DNA of 64,000 bases from Tubiluchus corallicola (Eukaryota; Animalia; Priapulida): contig JAQGDQ010002370.1 of NCBI GenBank assembly GCA_030141605.1, positions 337,167 through 401,166 on the forward strand, given 5' to 3'. The translations under genes were made by a program, and so were the position numbers. The notes under the pieces are model-generated. The model saw only the letters and a list, made by a program, of their open reading frames with translations. It had not been told where the DNA came from and did no database searches. Of this stretch, positions 26,001-38,500 are shown in pieces. The number at the start of each line of letters is the position of its first letter. Within the stretch, counting starts at the first letter, position 1.

Positions 26001-26726
26001 TTTAAAAATCAGTTTATGTATCACCTGAAGATAAACTAGCAGGCTAATTTTTCTAAAAATTCCCAATAATTCTTTAAAATCTTTGCAAAACTCAGTTCTT
26101 GCAAAAGTTTGCAATTGTTTTTTTATTTATGCATTGTTTTTACTAACTACGGTATTATGATATTCATCATCCTCGGCTTCACTAAAACTCTTCCCCTTCT
26201 ATAGTCGTAATCGATGGTGGTGCATTGGGATGGGCCTCACAAGTAGAGCAGTCAAGGGCCTCTCTTATCTAATTAAGTCGGGCCCTGCAGATTATAATCA
26301 GTGAAGCTGCAAGTAGAACTGTGGGAAGTGAACGATGTGCATTTAATTAGAATAGAATATCATATAAGAATTTATACTTTAGGTAATAGCAAATGTAATT
26401 AAAAATGTTCCAAAATCTTTATTTCAGAAGCAATGAGCACGAGTTGTTCAAATACCGGCACTCTGTTCACATGGGGTGATATAACAATGGAGACAGTCAG
26501 CGTACAGGAAACCGCGTCAACTTGTCCTAGTGCAGTGTTTACGGAAAGATGCATTTTAACGGAAGAACAATTTGAAACTTTAATCAACTTTCTGATCAAC
26601 TTTGCACAACAAACTGCTTCCTTAATCTGTGATGCCTTTGAAATTTTACAGCATATCTATGAATTTTTGGCCCGTATTGCAAAACTATTCAAAAGCGTCA
26701 TTTCAAAGAAAAAGCATTACCATTAA
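20032..26726 (+). CDS. Pentraxin-domain protein A1 (spliced; 5' exons unresolved) with C-terminal helical extension
   Basis: GT-AG exons with compatible phases: 20032-20142, 22744-22871, 23324-23481, 24641-24747, 25289-25459, 26428-26726 (stop). Pentraxin motifs VFP..DYIKL, TTCMWMKT, SYA, WHYVCIGW, VDG, IQSGGCLIFGQDQD..F..QSFRG..DITIFD. No internal stops. Confidence 0.92.
20750..22290. mobile_element. Large imperfect foldback element (AAAATGGCTGCC-rich) in a gene A1 intron
   Basis: Inner arms ~21086-21305 and ~21590-21769 are reverse complements; outer arms ~20830-20980 match ~21790-21910 and ~22160-22245 in inverted orientation. Duplicate at ~52980-54505. Confidence 0.75.
23837..24329. mobile_element. 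MITE with AGTGTTGTTCCGA / TCGGAACAACACT terminal inverted repeats and ACCGA subterminal repeats
   Basis: Left TIR-like sequence at 23837 and again at 24170; right TIR at 24317-24329. Duplicate at ~55992-56476. Confidence 0.7.
25694..26287. mobile_element. hAT-superfamily MITE
   Basis: Ends CAGGGTCGGATTTA...TAAGTCGGGCCCTG flanked by a perfect 8-bp target-site duplication CAGATTAT (25686-25693, 26288-26295). Confidence 0.85.
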
Positions 26727-28089
26727 GGTGCTACAGTAGCTATACAGAAAACTACGAATGCAAGAATAAAAATCTCGATAGGTATGTTGGGACTGATAAG
26801 TTTTTCCCCCAATAAAAAATTAGATTAAATAGGCCTGTCTATTAGATTGCCAGCAGCATTGCGTTGTCTTTTCTAGTTTTAGAAAATAGGTTTGATTTAA
26901 TGTTGAAACACTTCTGCATAAAAGCTAGTATAACAAACACATTCATTTTAAACATAAATGTTACTAGGTTAATACAGCATTATTAAAATTAAACACAAAA
27001 ATTTAATGATAATTCTTTTATTATTTTGTTGCAGTGTGAAACTTTATTTAAATTATAAAAGCCATTAACCATTATTGCTGTACACTTAATTAATTTGAAA
27101 AATTAAATAAATATTATCTCTAAGTTTATTAAATGCTGAAGACAAAATATGATTAGATGTCAAAATATAATTTAGACATTTGTGATAACCATCTTACATT
27201 TAAAAATTGATTAAAAGCTTTGTACAGGCAAAAATAAGTTGCTTTAATTTTGTCGGTGAGGTCACTGGTATCTCTGGTGCATTTAACAATTTGCACACAC
27301 ATGTGCTAAGTCACACAATCTTACACAAATTACATCACAGCATTACAAACACCACAGACGACCAAAAATAATCTTGGAATATATCAAATAAGAAGGCAAA
27401 CAATTTATTTACTAAACTACAGCTGTACGGAAACTATAGGAGTCCTGTATAGTGTTCCATTGCTGGCTGTATAAACAATAATATACTGTATACTCCAGAT
27501 CAAATCTATGATCTAAAAATAGACTGTTATTCACAACTTTCTGGGTTAAAAATGCACAGTAATTAGAGATTATAATTAACATTTCTGGTTAAATTTTATG
27601 AAAACTATATTTTACCTAGATCAGAAGTTACTGACCAATTTTGCAATGATCATAATTGTTTTAATATTACTATTGTAAGTTGTAACTCACAAAAACATTT
27701 TAGATAAACCGATACTAACTTATTTCAGCCTGCAATTTCTCAAACATGCTTTATTTAGGATTAACATGCCTCATGGCATTTCTGCAAATGAATGTAATGA
27801 TAGTAATTTTAGTGGCTACACACATCTACTACTCAACACAAAGCCAAAGAAAAGAGCAGCGAGTATCAGTCTTTTTAGTCTTCTTTTCCTTTTAAACCTG
27901 ACATTAAGTCAGTACACCTGGTCTGCTCAGGCTCAAAACTGTCATCGGTAAATTGCAGAGAACCACAGAATAGAAATTTACATTGTATATTACCATTCTG
28001 TGGTTCTCTGCACTTTACCGCTGCCATCTAGGTAAGTGGTGCCTTTGCCTTGAGTAACGTAAAGATAAAGTGTTGGTGAGTTACCGCAA

Positions 28090-29340
28090 AAATTAAGACC
28101 TTGAGGTCTTATTGATTTCTCAGCCTAGGGCCACAAGGACAGTTCTGTTTTCAGGATTTCAGTGGTGAGTAACGTGATTCAAAATAGCTTCCGTTAGGCT
28201 TTTTTAAGAGATATGGCTTCGCAAATTAGGCATTTCGACCCCTTCGTCTCATATATTAAGGGAAACATCTCGTTTGTGCAATTTGCTATATTTCGGTTAT
28301 TTTCGGATAAACAAAAAATCTTATTCTATGTTTCATGGCAAATCTGTTATGTTATGTATTTTTACAGAACCTTTAAAGGAAGCCATGTCGTTTTTTTCCT
28401 ATTGCCCAAGATATTAAGAATTGCATTGACAACTGCATGTTTAACACCTTGTGAAACAGCAACAGTTCGGGTTCGACCAAAAGGGGCGGGTGTTTATAAC
28501 CAAGGCCTAGTACTTTACTTGCTTATTTTTGTTTGGATAAGTTGTACTTCTTATAAGAACAATAGCTTTTCAAAAATAAACATATTTCGACGGTTTTCGG
28601 GTCATAACTCAGGCGGGTCAAAGGGTCACGACCCAAAATTATAAGGCAAGGTGACCTTCTACCCTGGCTATTTGGGTAGACCAAAGTAAACCAAATTTGG
28701 TCAAGTAGCCCTGTCTAGTTTTTTAGTTATTCCTAAAAGATTCGTATCTCAGAACTAAGCCTCATAGAGCAAAAATTTAACCAGATTCTGAATGTGCACA
28801 TTCTCAGTATCTAGCATCTTACATATCGCCACTTTATGGCTAAATGAAACTCGCAATTTTGAGTGGCGCACGCGATTCTACTTTACGTTTTAGGGCGAAA
28901 CAAATGATACATGGTAAGTCTCTGTATGGCTTTCGTTCACTGAGCGTTTAAGGGAAACCATGTTGATACCTGCAATATATAAGTATGGTACCGACATTGG
29001 TCCAGAAATACGGGCGTAGCATGGCTGGCCTGTGGCAGTGGCAGCTGTGTGGCACATCGTTGGATAGAAAATTGAAACAATCACCACTGTGCTCCGTCTT
29101 GGTAGGTGGCGCTTCTTGTAGGAGTAATTTTTCATCAAAGATGGACATATTTTCAATTTTCGGGTCCTAACTCAAGCGGGTCAAAAAGTCACGACGCAAA
29201 ATTACAATTTTGATGCTTAACTTGAACGACGGAAAAAATTTGGAATACAGCTTGTATTTGAACCAGTGACATTTTACTTACAAGAAGACGCTTTAAACGA
29301 CTGGGTCACTGTATGTCTCCGCGAAAAATCCAGTCCGAAA
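28090..29340. mobile_element. Probable non-autonomous interspersed repeat (Helentron-associated-like)
   Basis: Starts with the short palindrome AAGACCTTGAGGTCTT; internal repeated motif TTTTCGGGTC(A/C)TAACTCA.GCGGGTCAAA..GTCACGAC.CAAAATTA at ~28593 and ~29157; not shared with the duplicate segment. Confidence 0.4.
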
Positions 29341-29397
29341 TTCATTCCTTTTGATCACAAAATTTAATAACTTAATTAAATGTGGCTTTGTATCGCG

Positions 29398-29402
<5 letters not shown>

Positions 29403-29465
<63 letters not shown>

Positions 29466-29473
29466 CACACACA
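29403..29473. repeat. (CA)n microsatellite
   Basis: Directly visible. Confidence 0.98.
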
Positions 29474-29772
29474 CGTGCTTCCGTTCTTTCCTCGCCATAA
29501 TTATCTTCTCCTTATCTCCCCCATCTCAAATTCTCGCACTTTCTGTAATAGAGTTTGCAACTATGCTCAACCTTAATTATAAAGCTGTTAAAAAGTTGTA
29601 TACTCGGGCTGTAAACTCTTGCCCCTTTATTATTTTTCAATTGTCATTCCGTTAAATGAGTCGTGCTAATAACTGCATGCAAAATAATTGTTTGGTGGAT
29701 TATACAGTAAAATAAACATTAAAATAATAAAGGGAAAAAGTCTATGCTCTGTATATTTTTATGCTCGAAATA

Positions 29773-29933
<161 letters not shown>

Positions 29934-32529
29934 TCCTGCTGTAGTTGTACCAATTTGAAGGATTATAAAACAAAATAAACATTAAATAAATCTTATTATG
30001 GCTTAAATATCGGCCAATTATGATTGCCATTTTCTGTTCAACAATTCATTTATACTTGTACGCCTACTAAGTACTAAGGCGTCAAACGCATTGTACTGAT
30101 TTCTTATTTTTTTAAAAATCCAGTTTCATTTATAGTTTTAGTTTCGACTATGGAACTTCTAATCGTCACCCATACATAACTAGGTCGATTTTTCTTAGTG
30201 AAATCGCAGTCATATAGGCTGAAGTTTTTGGTTCATTTAATTTCTTAAAAAAATAAGTGAAGCATGCAGTGATTTGCGTGCCAACGGTCAAAGCGCAAAA
30301 AACAATCCACTTACATAAAATTTAATAATTCGTCTCTTTAAATTTTATACTACTTACGCACTGTCTTTTTGCATACAGGGCTTGTGTCGGAAGTAACGCT
30401 GTATAAAACATGTACATTTAAATTTCAGCGGTGACCGCTAGACGCAGCCAAGTAATAATCAGAACATTCGTAGCGCACATGTCACTAGCTAAGCTAAATT
30501 TTAGATTACTGTTTCTTGTCAATAAAATTAAAAATACGTTTTCGGTTAGTGAGCAGTGCACCGGGAGGTGTTTCAACGACATTTTACCAATTGGTGAAAA
30601 CATTTTAAATAACTAATAATTTTCTTTTCTAGTTACATACGTCTTTCAAGCAGGTAAGCGAAATGCTAAGTCTCTTTGCATGGAAATTTTTTTGGGACAT
30701 AGTTTAACATTTCCTTTTCTTCCTCTGATTTACGTTGTGCGTATATGACGTCATGTAATGGCGCGGTCGGAACAGATTTAAAATGAAAACAAACAAAAAA
30801 TTCTTTCAACGCGAGTACGGTACATGCACAAAGTTTCTATAAAATAATATAACTTTTAAGGTGATTTTTCTGAAACCTACTTCAGGTATCCCTTTTCTTG
30901 TCCTTTAGCATTGTTTCTTATTGAAAAACAATTTCATATAGTGAATGACATGTCTATTTGAACGGAGTACGCGGTACTGGATTTTTTTTCATTCAGTCCA
31001 GCAGACTACAAACTGTATTATCATAGTCATGTAGGCTTCTTGGCTATCACCAACATCTTGTGAAGGAATAAAGAACTTATACTTCCTTTGTCTTAGTTAC
31101 TACGGAAAAAGCTTGCTACATAGTTATTTTTTAGCGTTAAATCGTGTAATTAAAGTTTCATTTGCTTTAAAGTTGTGATCTTTTCCGTTAACAATAAACG
31201 TACAGCCACGCTCACAACAATGTAACAGACTGACGTAGCGCGTCAATTGTAAAGTAAATTATTAAGAAAATATAGGTAAATGAATAAATAACTGTAAATA
31301 TAATCGAGTGACTTTTTTATTGCTGCGCCTGGTTTTAGCTGAAAGCAACTTACATTATTGTTAGCGGCAATTTGTTATGGTTCACTGGTAATTCCTGTAC
31401 CGTGTCAACGCTAGTTTTTGCTGTCAGAGCCGGTCCATAACAAGGCTAAAAAGTGAAATTTAATAGTAGCATAACAAGGCTTATGGATTAAAACGCCTTT
31501 AAAGGTATAAGCGGCTTCCCAATATACTCGTGGAGGCAGTAACAACGGTCGTTGCTTTGACTACGAGCCAATAAGCTTATTTAAAAGTTTTTCAAATGTT
31601 CTCTTGTCGTTACTGTATTTATTTCTCGGACACACCACTTCTTTAACGGTATGGTAATTTGGAGACGCAACAATCATAACATAGAAAAATTGAAGGTGCC
31701 TCATAATTGTCACTACGTAAACTAAGAAGCCATTTGACTACAGTGTAAGAGCTTTGTTTGTCAAGCACAGGGTAGTTTGGTTTTACTTTAAGAAACTATT
31801 TGTATAGTTTATCTTGTAGGCTCTGAAGTATTGTATATAGTTCTTTAATTGCGACTTTAAATAGTAATGTCATCACCAGTTTGGTGCAACCCACTCACTT
31901 GCTCAGGAGTAGTGTGTAGATTATTTTTATTCGTCTAATTAAAGTGCTTTAACTTTATATTATATGATAAATGTGATATGATATGATAATAATTGTGTCA
32001 TAAATTTGTGTGTCTAGGTGTAATCAAGGTCCTTGGTGTAATACAATTTTGCGTATTATTAATATTCATTTTGATTTTTGAGCTTCATGTCTGAATATGT
32101 CGGTAATTTGAATGTATTATCTATTTATCTATATTTGTTTTTTTATATATATTTTTTTGCGGGTATTCGTCTCTTAAATATCGGTAAACGACAGTAATTT
32201 GTGAGTTTTGTAACTTTATATTCATTTGTCTGTGTTTGTTTGTAATTTGAATTTGATATGAACCTCGAATCCGAAGTGAAACAATAAATGTAAAAGTAAA
32301 TAAATTATTAGGCAGAAACGCGTGTCAAAAACGTCACAAAAACGTTTTGGTAACATTGCATATAGCAGTAATTTTTCTCTTTACCACAGGTCACTTACTT
32401 CAAAGGCTACTTTATAACATTCTTGTCGACTACGCCGCAACAGCAGTTTGTTGTGGTGGTCCAAACGAATATATCTAGAATCTTTTTCGTCTCGCTTACC
32501 TTTTAGTAAATAAAGGTCTTCCTTTATCA

Positions 32530-35500
32530 ATGAAGAGATGGGTAAGCTTTTCAGTTGAAATAATTTCATTATCGCAAGTAGCATTTAAAAATTCAAAACG
32601 TTCAAATTTTATTAAAACTTAGAAGCCAAAAAGTACATGCCATTTGAAATAATTTCTTTATTAATACCCGATTTACACTGACAAAGCTAGTTCAGACCAA
32701 AACGTCTTACTAGTCTTGCCTCAGTCTGGCATTTAAACTTGGCCTGTATTTAATTGGCCTCTGTTGTGTAACTCTGCTATGCTTGATGCGGATTAAGTCT
32801 GTTTCAGTGCAAGTTAGATAGGTTTTTGCACTTGGCACAGGTTCTTCCCTATACAATGTAACTCGGTCCAGTCTGACTTGATGCGGACTAGGTCGTTTAC
32901 AGTGTAACTTGATCCATACTGACATTTTCACTTAATACATACTTTATGCTCTGCAATGCATTTCAGTCTAGTTTATCATATACACTTGGTACAGTTAAAA
33001 TCCTATGCAGTGTAACTTGACCCGATCTAACATTTACATTTGGTGTATGAATCATGTGCAGTGTAACTCGGTCAAATCCAACATTCACACTTGCTTTACG
33101 GATTTGGTTTTCTGCAGTGACTTGCTCCTCTGCAGCATAACTTATTACAGTCAAACTTTCACACATGGTATTATGTAAGTCGCGCAAAAGTCTTTGTCCA
33201 CAAAAAATAAAATCAATTTCCTTTCTAGTATTAGTGGATAATTTATTGCCATAAACAGTACAATATTATAACAATGCAGCTTAAACATCTCTGAAAAAAG
33301 AAAGTGATGCACAACTATTTGTCTATTTATTTTAGTATTCCGTGGCTGGATTTGTTTTTGCTTGTCTGGATATAATGGCGCAATCAGGTGGAAGTCGTAA
33401 TGCATACAGGGGAAGCAGCGGCTACGGAAGGAGAAAGGCTGGAAATATATCGGGTAAGCTACTTTGTAAAGTGTGCGGCCTTATCAAACTGTAGAAAACT
33501 GACTAATTATATTAGTTGCATATGGTAGGAAAATTATCTGCGAAAAGTTTTTTGACCGAAATTGTCTCAGACAAAATTTTCCTGCATACGACAACTTTTG
33601 TATGAAGCAAACTGTGTCATGGGTGATGATGACACGTGATCAAAACAATTGTTTTTGTTGATCTGTTCTGGGCCCGATTTCACAAAGCCGTTAGTAAAAT
33701 GTAATAACGACGTCGTTAACTTAGTGACGGCTTTGTGAAACCGGCTCCTGGTTTAGTCTGAGACAGACAACAGCGCGATCAATTTGTCTGAAACAGAAAA
33801 TTAAAGCACGTTAATAAACAAAGTTGGTAAAATGTTTGAGTCCTCAAACGAGTAAAAGTCTGTCTCATACAAGTTATTGCAAGCGGGTTTTGCATTCGTG
33901 TGCGCCCTGAGTCAAACTAGGAAAGCTGCAATGACAATATTAACAGTGTTTCAAGTTTTAAACCTTCCTTCTAATTACTTTTTATCATTGATCGCACGGC
34001 CTGGCTGCCGATAAAGTTCAATTTAAAATTATTTGTATCATATATAAAACACTACATGGTTTGGTATCTGCACACTCATCTGCATAGATCTTCTGATACG
34101 CCGTTACATAAACCGAACACTTAGAGTATAACGATAATGAACTACACATGCAAATCTAAACAATTTATTTTTTTTTTAGAAATTATTATAATAAAATATA
34201 TCATACTTTCAACGCGAATGTAAGTAAAAAATGGCACAGAAAAAATATCACAGTAAAAATGGTTCAAGAATAAAATGGCGCAGAAAAAAATGGCACAAAT
34301 AGAAAGTAGATAAAAATGGTACGCCTGGTAAAGTATTTAGGGTTGGTGTAAGTATATGTGTTTGAGGTTAGGGTTATAGTGGGGGATAATGGGAATAATT
34401 ATTTTAGCTACTTCTGCCAAAGAAGCCATACTTCAACACAGTTTGTTCGTTTGTCTGTTTGTTTGACTGTTTTCGTCTGTTGAGGCAGTAAGCCTATTAT
34501 GCAAAAACTATCTAACAGATTTCTAAGAAACTTTGTGAAGAAAGGCGGGCTTAGGGGGTGCCAAAATGGGAATCTTTGTGCCGGTTCTTTTTTCTCAAAA
34601 CTTAACCGAACACTACGTACAAAAAATATTCGTGAAGTACTCCATGAAGATCTCAGACGGAGTGTTTAGTTCTTCTTTTTTGCTATCTCCACTCAACTTT
34701 CTTTATTAATGTGTAGTGAGGGTTTAGTACTTCTTTTTTGTTATCTCCACCTAACTTTTTTTATTAATGTGTATAGCCTAATAAATGACTTGGTAGGTAT
34801 ATATCTGTCAGTCTATTACAATTACCAAAATGAATTGTTAAACGATAGGTAAGCACTATGTGGGACAATGTTTATCTTTGTGTTGTTTTTTTTAATCAGA
34901 AGAATCAGACGAATAAGTTTAGGATTGTTCAGCTTTGGCAGAGATCTGCTTCTACTGAGCGCATTCTAGTTTTATTATTAAAATTAATTGCATCAAAATA
35001 ACGTATGTGCCATTTTTCTGTGCCGTTTTTACATTCTTTTCCATTCGAGCCATTTTTACCAGTGCCATTTTACTGTCATTTTTTCCTGTGCCACTTTTAC
35101 CGCGCATCCTTCATCTTCAAGGCAGAAGGGTTTCATAACAAACAATAGAAGTATCTCATAATCGCATGGAAAGTACAAAGAAAAAGACTGTAAAAGCTTC
35201 AAGGCCATTAAAAATCACAAAGCCTGCTAAAAATAGGTAAACAGTAAATCTAACTATATAAATACAGGTACCACATAGAGCAGTCAAATCCACCCTACAC
35301 CACTGCACATGGTGTCTTAAAAAAACGCAAGATCTGAGTTTTAATATGTAAAAATAAATTTGATTTTAATTGCGCAGTTTTTAGCTTGTAACTTAATTTG
35401 AAATATTATTATTTACAGGATATTTCAACCCATTGCAGCCCTACCTTCACAAGTTTAGAAAGGCAGTTAAATTTGGAGTTGATGATATAGAAGGTAATTG

Positions 35501-38500
35501 CACGTGTACACTAACTCTAATCGCAGCCAAAACTAATTGTGACTTTTTCCTGAGTTTGATATACTGCTATGATTATGATAGTCACTGAGTACAAACCTAG
35601 TTGCCCGTCTTTTGATTTTTTTCCGATGTATGACTATCCTTTTAAAGTGTTGGTTCCAGATTGTTGTGTTGTACTTCATCTCCGACCTTACCAGCGAGAT
35701 GTAATTATGTTGTTTTATTGTTTCTGTCTGTTGTTCAGGTCGAGTTGTAAAAAATTCTAAGTGGCTGCCTGTTTTGCCATAATGTCGACATGGTTATTGG
35801 TATTCCTGGTTTTTGCTTAAATGTAACACCGATATACCTCGCCTAGTCTTCAATTTCAAATTGTACATTGCTTAACTATTATGTGAACAAAAACTTTAAT
35901 CTTCATCTGCAGAATCTCATTTAATTGTGCTGAAAAGCATAAACTGCCCAATTTTGCAAAGTATTGTCATTCTGAAGTAAAACCCGATCTTGTGCAGTGC
36001 AAATTTGTCAACACATACTGCAGTCATCTGCAAATAACCTTATTTTGCTGATTTTTTTGCGGATAGCATGTACAGGATTATACCTCAGCCAGGGCCGACG
36101 CGGAGTCCATTTAGAAAATTTTTGCCCCCTATCCTTCGAAAGCTGAAGCTGAAGATTGATATTTTATGCTTTGTGTTGTACGCTAGTTTCAGCCAAAAAG
36201 CGCCGAGATCTTGATGTTCCACCATTAGCCACAATGATATACTAAAAATTGAAAGCCCATATGAAAGTTTTAATGTGACTTATACTAAGTCACAATAATT
36301 ACTGATATACTCTTTGTGCATAGGTTTTCTCAAAAAAGACTAATCTGGCTTTTTTATAAAAAAATCTTTCAAAATCATTGGACTCATGGCTGTGTTGTCA
36401 TTTTCTGAGTTGTTCTTGTTTTCTTCATCCTCAGCACGTTGTTCATTTTCGGCTGCATTAGTCTTTGCCAGTGCTCGTTTATGATTGCTGCTCAGATAAC
36501 TTCGCCCTGTGTCGCTCTTTCCGTGTTGAGGATTTGAACATCATTCACAAATTAGTAAAATTAAAATCTAATGACGAGAAAACTAATCCATGTAGGGCTC
36601 GCCAGTTATCTTTTTAAAAGGTAAATGGTGGCGATAATCTGAAATTACAAAATGATCAGCAAAAACATTGAAACATAGATATACGAAGAGAGACAGGATA
36701 GTTTAACTGCCTGCATAGTATCACGAAACTTCGTGCACACTAGACACTCATTAATGCGTCATAACATCCTCCGCTAGCGCGTGTGCGCGAGGCCCAATTT
36801 GAACAAATCTGTCTGATTGGCTTAAAACCGGCCTTCAGTTTCATGTCAAAACTAAATTCACATAAAGCGCAGTTCTTATACATAGTCAGCATATTGGAGT
36901 CAATGAAGCCAAAATTGTGACCTTGAAACAAATTTGATCTCATTTCATTTGGAGTAACAAACTTTATTGTTTACTTTTACATTGTTCATTTGTTGACATG
37001 TAAAGTAAAAGCATTCAACGTCACAGAAGCAGAATCTACCAGGATTAAGTGATTTTAATGCTTGAATTGTAAGATTTCTGCAAACGTATCAACTTTGTCG
37101 TTTAAATTTCTAATTAGTACTCAGGCTTTATTTTAGGTTTTTTAATTCCAGGCTTAACACCTACGTGTTTTTACGTTGAAGTTGCACCACAAGTTGAAAC
37201 CGACGCGACGATGGTTACATTTCCTATACGTGGAACTAGCGACTATATAAAGCTAAACGATGTCATTGATACTAACTTGGATGAAATAACAACGTGTATG
37301 GTAAGTAAAATTTGATCAAATTCTGTTTTGTTTTAAAATTTGTTTCAAATAAAAAACTAAAGCTATGCAGCATATCCAAAGGAGGAAAATGTTCTAAGAA
37401 AAGTATAGCCAATTTAACAAGCACGGAGATAATTCTTAATGTCAAGAAACAGTACAATAAGCCTTTTCACAGGTCCAGCGATTGATGATGATCGTGAAAA
37501 GGTTAAACGTTAAGTGTACCAGACAACGCATTTGTGTACACTTGACAACGCTTCGCAGCCCTTCCTGATAATAATAACAGTTTTAACAGCTAGCTAAAAC
37601 CTTACTTAGTTTTCTTTTTCTCTTGTTCCCAAGCAAGATCTTACTAGTAAATCATTCTACTCACAGACTAATGAATAATTAAGTAAAGTCCTCGTAAAAC
37701 AGTTGAATTTACTGAACTGTCGCTGCAGACGGCTTTACTTTACCCACATGTCACGTGCCGGTTGTAGTTGAGATGCGTTGTGTGACACTCTTAATCTTTG
37801 ACCTACAGCAACTGCTCGTGCACACAACAAAACTGTAGAAAGGTTTAATAAAAAATCCTCCTCCCTCCCAAAAAAATATACACGACATTTCAAACCACCA
37901 CTATGAATCATCTTTAAGTAAAAAGCACAAACGATTAAACATTAATGTTTTGAACTTTGTAATATAAACGTATTCACTAAAGTCACGTGCAAAGGAATGC
38001 AAGCAGAGGAGAAGCACTATGCACATAGTAAATAAAAACCACAAAAGAAAAAAAACACACACAAAGCACTAGTCGCAACAACTCAATACACGATACATAA
38101 ACTACAGCATGGAAACACGATGCCCTGGATTATATTTAATGAAGCATTGTAAACGGTTTATGCTGGACTAAGCGGAAAACGCAAAAAATAAAACTGTTTG
38201 TAGTGTATTAGCAGAGGTTCGGATCAAAACATTGTGTAGCTTTCATTTTCTTTGTTATGAGATTTTTTATTTATCACCAATCTGCCTAATTTTTAGACAT
38301 TCAACGTGTAGAATAAATAAGATATTCATGTATATATTACGCTTTACAAAGGACTAAACATAGTTAACGACCAACAAATACCATTTTGAACATCATTGTC
38401 AAACGTCTTGCCAAAAAGTGATCTAGGCAATCGGATTTTTATGTTAACATTTAATTCAACCATTGTATGTTAACACGGTGCTTTTTTACATTAAATAATA

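Larger units (their letters stand above)
18353..28020 (+). repeat. Direct segmental duplicate (~9.7 kb) of 50382-60267
   Basis: Colinear high identity with small indels, including all gene A exons and the intronic MITEs. Confidence 0.97.
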
